Shown in pieces: positions 1-13,000 of a DNA stretch of 64,000 nucleotides (its first letter is position 1; each line of letters opens with the position of its first letter). A model generated the notes under the pieces. That model saw only the letters and a program-made list of their open reading frames with translations. It was not told where the DNA came from and searched no databases. The DNA is from Chlorokybus atmophyticus (lineage: Eukaryota > Plantae > Mesostigma and Chlorokybus algae): positions 296,234 through 360,233 of the forward strand of contig RHPI01003009.1 of assembly GCA_009103225.1 (NCBI GenBank), in the 5' to 3' direction. Made by a program: the position numbers and the translations under genes.

Positions 1-169
1 GTACGGTATGTAGATATCAGTTGCTGAGGCCACGGATTGAAACGGTGGCATAAGTTCTGCACTCACAAGACGGCAATTTTGCGAAGTGCTGTGGAGGCCT
101 AGCTTAGGTTCTGTACACGTACAATCGATCTTTGCCATAAGAATACCGTCAGGCACAAAGGTTTCTCGT

Positions 170-720
170 CTTTTGGCGGGGGTATTATATTATTCGTTAT
201 AAGACTGCATAATCTTACAACGCATATTTATGATGATGTGGAAGGATTTACTGAGTTAAAACATGTATTTGTTGGTGCATAAGAATAGAATATGTAGTAA
301 TATCTTGAATGTTAAATAATATACCTATAGACATGCTAGCTACATTTATGTACATGGAACGTCGCTGTTTCCTCTCGTTGTGGGCATACCGTAGTGCCGC
401 GAAATCTTCGTAAAATAAGTAATTTGGGCTGGCCGCTAAACATTTACCGGCAAGAACTATGCGTTCTAATGGTGGTTGTTTAGCGTGCATAGTCTTGCTC
501 GGTTTCCACGACATAAACAACAAATGCCTGGCAGCTACTTTACGGAGATTTCGCGGCACTACGGTAATCGAGCAGTAACTACCAAAAAATGTTTTATACA
601 AAAGTTTTTGTGTATCCAATGCAGCCAAGACTATTCTTATGCCCGGCGGACATCGGTCCCCGAAAATTTAGTGTCATGACGGGTTATTCCATCGGATGTG
701 ATAATAGCGGGGGTGGACTG
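170..720. mobile_element. Partial Tc1/mariner-type element related to the adjacent MITE (right end only; left boundary not found, may lie outside the window)
   Basis: 700-722 TAATAGCGGGGGTGGACTG|TA resembles the MITE terminus TTATAACGGGGGTAGACTG|TA. It is preceded by GGGTTATTCC at a similar spacing to the MITE's subterminal motif. Similar motifs occur at ~170-205 (TTTTGGCGGGGGTATT, CGTTATAAGAC). Confidence 0.45.
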
Positions 721-762
721 TACTCTCGGCTTGTACCGAACCCTAAACGTTTGTGCCATGTA

Positions 763-1230
763 CAGTCTACCCCCGTTAAAAGACTTCGCTTTAAGGGAAT
801 AACCCCGCTAAGATCATGGATTATCAAAAGACCAATGGTTTTACAGGCAAATATCTTCGGTTAGTGGAATAGTCTTGTACGTAATAAGACTAAAGAGAAG
901 GCTTGAAAAATTAAGTGGGCTCAGTCTTGTAACGGGGGAATACCTTGTTAATAGCATGATTGTCTTGTTGATATTAGAATAATTATATAAATTAAATCAT
1001 AAAGTTCATATATTGTATTGTATGGTTTATTGAGAAAATATGAATATAAATTTTACCACGTCAGCAAATGATGACGTGGCTTGAGGTTATCGGTCGATAC
1101 CCCCATTAACAGAATATATATCCTTTAAACAATAAAAGAATATATAGTCTTATAAGCGCCAAGAGAATAACCCCGTTAGTGGAATGAAAAGCTGAAAGAT
1201 GAACGTGATTCTTATAACGGGGGTAGACTG
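763..1230. mobile_element. Non-autonomous Tc1/mariner-superfamily MITE, 468 bp
   Basis: 21-bp TIRs: CAGTCTACCCCCGTTAAAAGA (763-783) and the reverse complement of 1210-1230 (CAGTCTACCCCCGTTATAAGA), one mismatch. Flanked by TA at 761-762 and 1231-1232 (TA target duplication). AT-rich non-coding interior with subterminal AATAACCCCG motifs. Confidence 0.85.
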
Positions 1231-1643
1231 TACATGTGAACAGTCTGGTGCTGTAACCCTAATCCTGCGACACATCAATCAGGGTGCGCGTCATGTTGGG
1301 TGCGCCTTGACACAACAACATGAGGTGGTGTCATGCTAACAAACAACCACTGTGCCACGCCAGCTGGCTTGAAGGTGGATGCGGAGATTGCCAGCGGCAG
1401 CGGCGGCGGCGGCGGCGAGGGGGAAGAAGGCGAGGTGTAGCGTCTGCGGCTGCAGCGCGTCATCTGAGGGGGGGGTAACTGCTTGCTTGCAGTAGCACCA
1501 GACCGGCGTTTCTCGGAGTGTTTGAGGCAGGTGGGACAGCAACTAGGGCTTGTTGGGTAGTTGGTTGGAGTTTGTGCTTTGGCTGTGCGTTGGAAGGAGG
1601 AAGGTCGGAGGAGGGGAGAGGGTTAGGCCAATACCAGGCAAAG

Positions 1644-2519
1644 ATGTTCATCGTGGACTGGTTCTACGATATTCTGGCGACCCTGGGGCTATGGCACAAG
1701 GACGCGAAGATCTTGTTTCTGGGCTTGGACAACGCTGGGAAGACGACGCTGCTGCACATGCTCAAGGATGAGCGCCTGGCGCAGCACCAGCCCACGCAGT
1801 ATCCCACCTCAGAGGAGCTTTCCATCGGCAAGATCCGCTTCCGCGCCTTTGATCTCGGTGGACACGAAATCGCTCGCCGTGTGTGGAAGGATTACTATGC
1901 CAAGGTAGGTGCTAGCTTCTCTGGCCGTTCAAGTTGCGCCCATACAGCTTATGCGCAATTCTCACATGCTTGCCTGTTGATGAGTGATTTTGCGTAAAAC
2001 AGTGTCTGATTTCTCTCAGATACATGGTGTTGTATGACGGGGTTGTCACCATCATGCAGCCTCTTGGCGTGCTTTCAGCTTGACAACAGGAGTGTGTGTT
2101 TTGGCTACAAAGCTATCTTGACACAATCCCTATTTTTAAACTGCCCCCTCAGTCGGCGTTGCAAGTTACTCATATACATGGCCTCCTCTTTGTGTCAGGT
2201 GGACGCCATTGTGTTTTTGGTGGATGCTGTGGACAAGGAGCGCTTCCCTGAGAGCAAAAAGGAGCTGGACGCACTGTTATCGGATGATAGTCTGGCTTCA
2301 GTGCCGTTCTTGATACTGGGCAACAAGATTGACATCCCTTCTGCAGCCAGTGAGGAGGAGCTGCGATACGCCCTGGGACTGACCAACTACACAACTGGCA
2401 AGGGGAAGGTGGCTCTGGCAGACACCAACATGCGACCCATCGAGGTCTTCATGTGCTCAGTCGTGCGCCGCATGGGTTATGGTGAAGGAATCAAGTGGAT
2501 GTCGCAGTACATCAAGTGA
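1644..2519 (+). CDS. SAR1: SAR1 small GTPase (COPII), 2 exons 1644-1904 and 2199-2519, 193 aa
   Basis: [35 protein letters not shown] (P-loop), DLGGH, GNKID, and C-terminal [29 protein letters not shown] intron 1905-2198, in phase. Confidence 0.97.
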
Positions 2520-4220
2520 GCGGCAGCAGGACGTGCAACATGAGCAGGCAGGGTGGAGCGGCCAGAGTGGACTCGTAATCATGCGTGATCTTTCACCACT
2601 CGAGGGTTTCCCTTCTGGTGGTCAACAGTTTCCGCAGCTATGGCGAGTTCTCGCTTTGTTGCTTGAGCTATGCTTGCGAGTTACCGTGATGGTAGGTTTT
2701 TACTTGTGACAGTATGATCATTAGGCTGGGCCAATTGCGTGCATTAAGCAACTCCTTGCTTGCTATCTTGGCCTACTCGTAGTGAGCACCGTATGCAAGG
2801 GCTGATACATGTTTTCTGATATATTGATGTGAGGACCCTCGACACATGCCCCTCGATAAAGGTTGCAGTGCGGTGAACATGACTCAGGCGTTCTACTAGA
2901 GTTGATTAATTATACCCGCATTTACCAACATACTCAACACGCAGGATATGCTCGTGGCCGTTATGCATACGGCATGTTATCATGTGACTCATACACCCCG
3001 AGCAGCTTCCCCAAACTCTGTGGCTTATGTGACCTCCAGCTGAGCTGTCATTGCATCAATTTTGCTTTGGCGGTAACTGCTTTGTCACCTCGTCCATCTC
3101 CAACACGCGCTGGCTCCATGAGCTCGTGCATGTAAAGCAAAAGTAGATGTGCGCATTTTCATAAGATCTTTGTACAACCCCGAAAGGGTCTACGCCACAT
3201 GTGCACATGACAGTAGGGTCCCACCCCGATGGTGCTCAGCCTCAGCAAGCTCTCAACCTTTATTATCATTGACCTGCAACATGGCGGTCGCTGCGGATGG
3301 AGCCATGGACATTGGCAAGTTCAGTCCTGCTTGCTGCTGCGTGGCGTGGACGTGGCGGAGGCGGCGTGCTGCTGGTGCTGGCAAGTGATCCCTGGTCCTT
3401 GCTGCTGTTCTTCCCTTCCCCCAACCCCCTCCCTTCCTCTAGCGTCTAGCTAGCGCACTTGGTTAGCATAGAGGGCCCCCCACCCCGTGTTCTGCTTCTG
3501 CTGTGCTGTGCTGTGCTGTGCCGTTGCTCTTGGTCATATAATGCCATTGGCCCTGGCCCGTATCATGGCCCCTGTGTTGTGCCTTGTACAAGCGTCCAAT
3601 AGCAGTGCGGCCAAAGCAAGACCATGCCCAGACCCCACGCAAGCTTACTCTGTTTACAGATGTCACAAGCACTTGTATGGCGGCTTTTGGAGTTTGTGTG
3701 ACGTACAAACAATACTGAACACAATGACGGATGCATAGTGACATGAAATGCAAGCAGCAAGCACAGTGTCAGACATGCCACGATCAACACCATTATATGT
3801 TTTAACCACAGGGCTGATCAAGCACCTCAGCAAACTAGCGACACTACCATTAGCACCCCATTAGCCATGCAAGCATGCATATGTTATCATCTGCCCAGTG
3901 GCTGTGACACACGGCACTCCTGCGAGTGATAGTGACGACAAGTAAAGACCTACTTAAGAGGTGGGGTTGTCGGTAGATGTGTTGCTAAGATTTGTTGCTG
4001 TGCTGTATATTGTGGGGGAGTGACACCTGCTGTTACCCTGCAACTCTTGCCACATATTCCGTTTGCAACATGGCTCGGTTGATATGACACAACACTGCAT
4101 AGCAACAAGTTTCCTAACCTTGCGACCAGAGCGCATGGGGGCAGGCAAGCGAACAGGTGATGAGGGCCAAACACGCTCATACATGTGAGCCACGGCAGGG
4201 CATTAGGAAAGACATGTTAA

Positions 4221-7200
4221 TCACGGACACATGTGGCAGTCACTGGCGGAGGAGGCCGCGCGAATGCGCTCGTGGACCGTGTCGGAGAAGATGAGCTGCA
4301 GCTTTGGCGCCAGAGGCACCAGCTCCGCGTGGAAGTTGCGACAGAACATCCTCAGGTAGCCCAGCGTCTTCGCCACCCACGCCTCGCTGTGGTCTGGTCA
4401 CGCACACCGCACAAACACACAATCAGATGACCACAGTGTGATGCCTATACATTCCTTCACAAAAGTCGGCCATTACTACTGACCTGCTCTCTGGTCTTCC
4501 ACCTCCATGGTGGCTGTTCCCGCGCCATTATTATCGGCTGCCCCATTGCTTTGCGACAGGCGCTCTGATATGCTCTCCACAAAGCGCTCAAACAGCACCA
4601 CAAACAAGTCCTGCAAACACACGCATGCACAAGAGATTTGCTTTGGACTGGCCACTCCTTGTCCAAGTCCAAGTCCAGCAGCACGCCCTCTCACCTCTTG
4701 TTCTTTGATGGCTCGTCCCAGCAGCGCCTGCTTGACCTCCATCTGCTCCTCAGCGGCGTCCACCTCCTCCTTGACGTTGCCCCCTTGCCCCTTGGCCGCC
4801 TCCGCCGCCCTGCCCGCCGCCGCAACGTCCGCGCGCAAGTCCGCCGTGCGCGCGTGCGTCTTGTTCACCGCATTGCGCAGCACCTCCCACACCCTGTCCG
4901 ACACGTGGAAGACCGACGCCTGCGCCGGCGAGAACGCCCAGTGCACAATGGTGGTGTTGGCCACCAGGCGCTTGGCCATCAGCTGGTCGATCACGATGGC
5001 CGTCCACTGCGACGAGTCGCACCAGAAGGAGGCCACGATGTCCAGGAGAGACAGCTGCGCGTTGACGTCAGGCAGCAACTTTTGGAGGAGAGGCTGAAAG
5101 CGCTCGAGGACGGTGACGGTGTGCGTGAAGCTCTTGGACCCGATGTTGAGCAGCGTCTGCGCCACCACCTCCTGCGAGGCGCGCAGACCCAGACCGACCA
5201 GCTTCTCCTCCGCCCACTGCAGCGCCTCGCGCGCGCCCTTCTTCGCGCGCACGAGACCGTATAGCTCGTTCGACAGCGCCGACTCGTTACTTGTGGCCGC
5301 CATCTCCTCCTCCTTCACATCCGCCACCACCTCCTCCGAGTACTTGAAGTGCGCCTTCGGCTCCGGAGGCATCAGCTCCACAAAACCCTCTGGCAGACTC
5401 TGCACACGCACAATGCTCATCATCATCATGCATGCAACGCAACGCAAGCGTATGTGTGATGGGGTGGAGTGTGCGGGTGGCGTACCTGCCGTATCCTTCC
5501 GTGGTACGACAGGCGTATCAGTCGCTCGATGACGGACGCGACAAACACTCGCTGGGGGTGCCACGGCGACAGCTGTAGCACGTCGCCCCACTCTTGCCAG
5601 GGCCACACGTAGTTGAAGTTGGATCTGAACAGAGAAAGAGAGACTGAGAGCACTAGACAGAAGCGCCCTTCATCAGCGACTCCTGTAGTGCTTCAGTACA
5701 GAGGTTGCTGCAAAACACGCATTGCATTGATCACGATGACCACATGACAACCACCCATGTGGGGCTTACAGGTGGTGACTGAGCCATTCTGCCAACCGCC
5801 AAGCGCAGTCCACGTCCAGGCGGGGCAGCTCTTGATATAGACTCTGCGCACGACACACACGCGTGCTCCAGTCAATCTCTCAACGCGACGCACAAACGCC
5901 ACATTCTCTTTTGCACGCGACTTGCTGCTTACATTGGCTGCGCGTGCGAGCAATGGGGGAAACTCGGTGGGTCGCATCTGCCAAGCACACAAGCACGCAT
6001 GCGGTCATTGCATGCTTAAGCGTGCAGGGTGATCTGGCAACGCTGTCTGTCATGCCCGCTATGTGCGCCAGCCATGTTCACTGCTGCTCGCCAGCTCCTT
6101 ACCTTACATACATCCATGATCACGACAGCATAGTACACGGGCTTGAACGGAGGGGACGGGAGCATCATCATCTGCATGCGAGCATTGACGAGACTACGTC
6201 AGTACTCGACTTCTTCTGATCAAGCAACATCACACAAGGCGCTGCTGGCAGCAAAGAAAGGGGCGCGCGTGGACATGCCTGGCCCAGGATCGTCTCCACT
6301 AGCAACGAGTCATTGCGGGGGATGAGCGTGGCCAGCCTGAACGAACACTCCCTACGACTGCAAACAACCAGCAACAGACTCGCTCAACTTTACCAACAAA
6401 GCATAATGATGGACAGCCCACGCAATCCCTGCGCACAACGAGGCGCTGACTTGGCATTGAAGTGGTACAGCGTGTCGACTATGCCGAGCTCCGCCACGCT
6501 GCGCTCCAGAGGTTGCAGATTCTGCGCACACCACAACGATGAGCCATGCCACAGCGCAGAAGCAGCAACCAATGAGCGAGTGACCTGCTCTGTCTTTGCC
6601 GTTGGCAGCAACCGGAAGAGCACGCGCGGCGGGTACGCGCGGATGATCGCCAGGCGAGCGACGTCGGCATTGCCGCCCGGCAGGTCAAAGCCCGGGAAAC
6701 CCACGGCACCAAACTCGTGAGGCTCCGACTCTGCGAGCTGCTGTCCAAACGCCGCGTGAAGCGTCGGCACTGCCGCGAGCGAGACAACCAACCACATCAG
6801 TACATCGATGGACAACCAACAAAAGCACCAACACGCAGACACAGGTGCGTTCCGCCGCTCTCACCGCAGTTGAGCGACCAGGCTGAGGTCGCTCTTGTCT
6901 CAGTGACTCGCTGCCAGATGTCGTCCAGATAGTCCTGAGCACAACAAAGCAATGAGTATGGAGTATGGAAGCGGCTTGGGTGCCGATTGAGGCGGTGGTG
7001 TGCAACCAAGTGTGCCCCCGTGCGTTATTTGAGGATACGCTGTGACTGGAGTTGGATGGGTCTAAACCTGGCTTGTCGCCTCCGGTGGCTGTTGCAGAGC
7101 GTGCAGAGCCGCAGGTGCAAAGCTCCGTCTCTTTTGCATGTACTCTTCAGTGCTGGACAGCAGCGCCTCAAACCCCTCTGTGGCCTTCTGCAAGCGACAG

Positions 7201-9677
7201 AATGCATCAATAGACCATGCAACGCAGCACGCAAATGAAATGAGAGTTGTGGGTTTTTATAGGACGTACCTCCGCGAGGGTTAGCGCTCCCCATGGCAGC
7301 ATGGCCAGCACGGCAAACACGTAGTAGTCCGCGCGCGGCTGCCACACCGGACGGTCCGGCCTGCCCGCCGTCTCCAACGCGTACCCCACCATCTTGCCCG
7401 CCACTTCCAGCAATGTCGCCGGCGCCAACACGCTGCTGTTCACCTGCTCGATGCACACGAAGCAGTTGGTACGCGACACAGTGCGGGGACTTCACGAGTA
7501 TGCATGAGTAGCGCTTGAAGAGGAAGCCAAGGCACGTACCAGTGCTGCCAAAAACCGGAGTAGCACTTTGATCGTGTTGACGCCAGCGCTGTCCAGGCCG
7601 TGCTGTGGTGGTCAACACAATGCGCAAAACCAGTCAGTCAGTCAATTGGTCCATACTGAGCCATAAGCTCATCACTCTTTCAGCACAGGAATGACACTGA
7701 CCTGCAACTCTGTGTGTGTCCTCTCAACGATCTCAGCCACAACTGGGCGGTTGTCCTTGTTCAGCAACCCCACCTAGCCAGAGCGACGCATGCCGTCCAT
7801 CAGCACACGACATGCTTGGCAATCGCTACACGAGCATCAACGCCCATACCAAGACGCCGTAGATGTGCACTTTGGTTGGCAGCTCCAGCACGGACCGCAC
7901 AACCACCTGCTCAGTGCAAGGAGAGAGAAAGATAAGCAACAGCAGTCATGGCATCGCATCAGCAGCACGAGAGCGGACGAGCCAGGTGCTTACGTCGATG
8001 ACGTCTTGCTGGTACTCTTCGAGCGCAGCCGGCAGCATGCTCACCAGCTGCACCTGCCACCACCACCACATACACATGTGCCAGCATTGAAAATGGCGCT
8101 TTCAACCCACTGACTGCATGAGGGGTGACACGCACAAAGGGGGGGCGGGNNNNNNNNNNNNNNNNNNNNNNNNNNNNNNNNNNNNNNNNNNNNNNNNNNN
8201 NNNNNNNNNNNNNNNNNNNNNNNNNNNNNNNNNNNNNNNNNNNNNNNNNNNNNNNNNNNNNNNNNNNNNNNNNNNNNNNNNNNNNNNNNNNNNNNNNNNN
8301 NNNNNNNNNNNNNNNNNNNNNNNNNNNNNNNNNNNNNNNNNNNNNNNNNNNNNNNNNNNNNNNNNNNNNNNNNNNNNNNNNNNNNNNNNNNNNNNNNNNN
8401 NNNNNNNNNNNNNNNNNNNNNNNNNNNNNNNNNNNNNNNNNNNNNNNNNNNNNNNNNNNNNNNNNNNNNNNNNNNNNNNNNNNNNNNNNNNNNNNNNNNN
8501 NNNNNNNNNNNNNNNNNNNNNNNNNNNNNNNNNNNNNNNNNNNNNNNNNNNNNNNNNNNNNNNNNNNNNNNNNNNNNNNNNNNNNNNNNNNNNNNNNNNN
8601 NNNNNNNNNNNNNNNNNNNNNNNNNNNNNNNNNNNNNNNNNNNNNNNNNNNNNNNNNNNNNNNNNNNNNNNNNNNNGGGGGGGGGGATCGCACAAGCGTG
8701 CGGGTGGCTTACAAGTGTTGGCTCAAGAGGAGGAGGCGCCATGCCTGTGTTAGGGTCTGCATCGCCCAGCCTCACGATGTGCGCGCGGAGCCTGCATGGA
8801 GGGAGCGGGCGTGTTACGACCACAGCACTGTTGGTGGTGATGAGTTCATCCATGGACACGCTTCATTGACTCCAAGCACGACAAATTTGTAGGGCGCGAG
8901 TCCTTGAGGGGTGTGCGTGTAAGAGAGCTGCCCCACATGAAGGAGCAGAGACGGCAAGACTTCATGCACGCATACCGGGTACACCACCATCACTCAGGCT
9001 CAGTGTTGTGAAAGCTGCTGCTTACTCTTGCAGTTCTGGTGGCGGTGGGAGACAGTGCTGGCGAGCGTGCCGCACCATCGGTTCCTCACTTCCGTCATCT
9101 GAGGACAGAGACAACCCACTATCATCTCCATCAGCAAATACAGACGGAATCATCATGGCTGAATGCTGGCTGCATCCCCACTTCAGCTGCCAACCACGCA
9201 GAACGCAAGCATGCAGCAAGACAGGGCAGGGAATCTGCGTGCGTGTATCTATCTGCATTGCGAGCGCGAGTACAAGATTCTCTCTCCAACAAGCAAGATG
9301 TGACCCGATCATGACACAGGTGATAGCTCCATGCGTAATCATGTAACAATCTGTTTCGGAGAGACAGAAAGCGTAGCGCAGCATGCATATCCGTCGCTGC
9401 AACCGATGCTGTTCGTGCACTGCAAGACAGTGACTGAGACTTTGGCTGTGTGTTGTTCATGCCAATGCCATGAGCCTTGTCGATGGGTGTGCATGCGTGA
9501 AGGACGAATGCAAAAGCCACACTCCACCCCACCTTGGTATTTGAATCGTCGTGGCCCGCCGCCACGCAGCGTTTGCTGCGCATTTTGCTGCGGCGGCGGC
9601 AGTTCGACCTCCGGCATCGCGCCCGTGTCGTCGCCGACGGGGTCTGGCCCGGCGTCAGCGTCAGCGTCGTCCGCCAT
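4221..9677 (-). CDS. CBP80: Nuclear cap-binding protein subunit 1 (CBP80/ABH1), multi-exon; one intron contains an assembly gap
   Basis: Exon translations LRAHIVRLGD, VLELPTKVHIYGVLV, WQPRADYYVFAVLAMLPWG, IGSKSFTHTVTVLERF, WCDSSQWTAIVIDQLM and KTLGYLRMFCRNF match the plant CBP80 pattern as I recall it. ATG 9677; exons ~9533-9677 and ~9025-9097 splice in phase to the exon at ~8750-8800. Stop TGA at 4221-4223. Internal exon boundaries are approximate. Confidence 0.9.
8150..8677. other. Assembly gap (528 N) flanked by G-runs, inside a CBP80 intron
   Basis: N-run seen directly; G-rich runs on both sides. Confidence 0.98.
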
Positions 9678-10009
9678 CAACCGCGCCTGCCTAGCCTACC
9701 CCCGCCCCTCCGCCGCCCCTCCCACACCAACGGCACACGCAACCCTAATGTAATGCTGGCGAACTAGGCGAGTGGGATGCGCAGCCCGGGCGGAGAGTGG
9801 TTATCGCAGGCCCATGCAGGATGCTGCTGATGGCGTATGTGTGTTGTTTGGGGGCCAGCAGGACAGGACTGGTAGTCGTCGTTGGCTGTTGGCTGAATAT
9901 CAGAAACGGGCAAACCACAACCACCTCGTCCCCATGCACACAGTAGCGTTCCTGTTTGCTGTAGTGGCAGTGGCGGCGTGACTCCATCGACCAGACCAGC
10001 CCGTCCACC

Positions 10010-13000
10010 ATGTCCTCCTCCTCCGCTCCCGGCCACCGCCACCACCGCACCGCCAGCCGCCTCCACGACAAGGTGATGGGCGTCCGTTCCCGCGCGCGTG
10101 CCAAGACGGGGATAGGAGGAGGAGGCCATGGGGGACACGGGGGAGGAGGGTCCACCGCCAGCAAGGTCGATGAGGCGATGGCGCAGGAGCTGATGGCGCT
10201 CGAGTCGCTGCAGCACAGCCTGCAGGAGAAGGAGTACGACGCGGAGGGCTTTGTCAAGAGACACTTCACGCTGTTCGGAGAAAAGGTAGGAGGACAGGAG
10301 GGAGGGGGTTGTTAGTAGTGCGAGCGTACATACCGCACACCGGTAGCACATGTATGCTCATGCATGTGTGTACACGTGCATGCGCTATTTGAACATTACA
10401 TATGTATCTTAGTATATATGCACAGCTATCTATCTATGCGGATATGTATCGTATCTATGCTATCGTGATGCAGTCCTTGGCGAATTGATCATAGCACGTC
10501 GCACACTCAACTCCCCGTGTCAGAATAATGTTCAACCTGCAAAGGTCATGCTGACAGACACTCGTCATCACACAGCTGCCACACCACCAAACACTAACAA
10601 CCAACCCCGTGTGCGTGCGCATACCAGAATGTAGCCATCATTGTCACACTCACACGTCCATACAACCAGAGAGCCTGTCTGTTTGACACGAGCACACAGC
10701 AGCAACACTCCGCGCAGCGTGTGTGCAGATGAGTGCTGTCAAGCTCGACTTATGGTTGTCTGCTATGTTTTTCAATCCAGTAACATAGCAGTAGTCCTAC
10801 TATGTGTGTGCAACTGCAGCGCTGACTAGCTCGGTCTTGGGATGGACATTGTAGTGCGCCAGTGTGCCACTCACGTGGTCAATTTGATGATGCAGAAAGT
10901 GCGTATGCTGTGCGAGGAGCTGCAGAGCATGAAGCAGAAGGTGGCTGCAGACATGCGCACGACCGTCTACACCAACTACAGCCACTACATACGGTACTCC
11001 TCACTCGCAGCATGCATGTTGCACGCACACTGTGCACGTGTCAACACATTCACCCTGCGCAGTACGTCCAAGGAGATGTCTGATCTCGAGGCTGAGGTTC
11101 TTTCCCTCCGCGGCCTCCTCTCCTCCGCCGCGGCCGTGGTCAACAGCCTTCAGGACGTCCCCGCCCTCGCTCCCACGGGAGTAGACTCGTCCACCTCCGC
11201 CAAGCCACAGCCACGCGCAACGGGCGAGGACAACGACGACGACGACGACATGGACGAGGAGATGACGGAGGGCCTGGACGCCATCGACGTGCTTCTCGCC
11301 GAGCGCCGCGTGGACGCCGTGATCGACGCGCTGGAGGAGGGCGCCGAGATGGTGCGCGAGATGGGGTCGGGTGCGGCCGAGTGGGAGCGCGCGTTGGCCG
11401 AGAGACGTCACCGCTTGGCGGAGATGCTCGTGTCGGCCGCGCACGAGCCCTCCGCTGGCGCCAACGAGCTTCGTGGCGCCGTGGCCGCCTTCGCTCGCCT
11501 CGGCGACCGCGCTCGCGCCCACGCCCTCCTGCTCGCGTGCCACTCGGAGCGTCTCCAGCGCGCCACGCGTAGCTTACGGCCCACGGCGGCGGCGGGGTCG
11601 GGGGCGGGGTCGAGCGGAAGCGCGTATGTCTCGGAGATGAGTCAGATGGTGTTTGCGACGGTGGCGGCGGCGGCGAGAGACGCCACCGTCGTGTTTGGGA
11701 CGGAGCCGGGAAGGTCGTCGGCGCTGTTGTTGTGGGCCATCGCGGAGACGGAGAGACGCGCCGCGCTGCTCAAGAGAAACGTCCTCGCGTTCACGTCCAG
11801 CGGCGCCGCGGGGTTCCACACCGCCGTCGAGTGCTTCCAGGTACGCACACGTGATGTGCTGCCGCTCTCTGCCAAAGCCCTTTCCCTCACGTTGTGTTGT
11901 TGCGTGTCAGATAGCGTCGGCGCATTGCGCGGGTTTGGCGTTGCAGCAGCAGGGGCTGGCGCTGCTGCCCGTACTGGAGAGGGCGCTGCAGCCGAGCCTC
12001 GCCGAGGCCCTCTCCCTCGAATTCGCGCGCCTGGAGGAGGCCATCACCGCTGCCGGTGCGCCGCGTGTTTTCATGTCACTCAAGCGCGCGCACGCAACCA
12101 GCTCACTAATGGCAAACTCTGCGCGCAGCCATCTACGACGACTGGCAGGCGCACCCTTGCCCTGAGCTGGAGGCGCTGGCGGGGCAAGAGCAGGCCGTCG
12201 GTCTGCTGCAGCCGGTGGAGGGCGGACTCGCATCGGACAAGCGGGCCTCCACCAAAGTCAGCCTCACAAGCAGCGGACTGATCGTCTTCCAGCACGTACA
12301 GGTACCTGTGACTATGCGCATGCATGTAGGACACAGGAACACCCGAGCGTAGTGTACATGAACGCTAAGCTCAGGGTCTGCGGTGAGTAGGACTTCATTG
12401 TGGACGCGGGGCCGGTTGCAGGGATGCTGCTCCCCGCCATTGCGACGGGGCTGACCGACCTGTACGAGAAGTACCTGCGCATGCTGGGGCAGGCACTCGC
12501 CGTGGGAACGCCCGCCACAGACACGCCACCATCGTCATCCGACGGCAGCACCAGCGATGCAACTCTCCCCGAAAGCAGCAGCAAGAGTCAAACGGTGTGT
12601 GCACGAGGGAGAGAAAGGTTGTCGTGGTTGGTGGCGCGTATCCTCATTTGTGTTCCCTGCTGAGAGCAGGTGCGGCTTGCGAGCACGGCGGCACAGCAGC
12701 TCGCGGTGATGGTGAACGCGACGGCCATCGGTGAGGGCCTGCTGGTGCACTCCATGAAGCAGCTCGTCGACATGGCCGTGTCGCTCGCGGCCGCAGCGGG
12801 ACTGCGACCCGCCGCCACAGACCAGGCAAGTGCAGGGGCAACAACGTGTTGTCATCAAAGTCATGGTTTGATCTCACCCAGAGCGCGTTGTGGTGGTGGC
12901 AGACGTGGCCCGAGCAGGACGTGGTGAGGCTTCGCGTGCTGCGGGCCTCGCTGAAGCTCAAGGACCTGTACTGCAGCAAGCGCGTGGGTGAGCTCGTTCA

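Noticed and set aside
4507-5532. Long plus-strand ORFs opposite CBP80, and similar ORFs opposite EXO84, TrmA, NOL11 and GH31
   Set aside because: Antisense shadow ORFs caused by GC-rich codon usage; no independent motifs.
7959-8892. Long ORFs in the track spanning the first N-gap (and likewise 38909-39733)
   Set aside because: Artefacts of translating N-runs.
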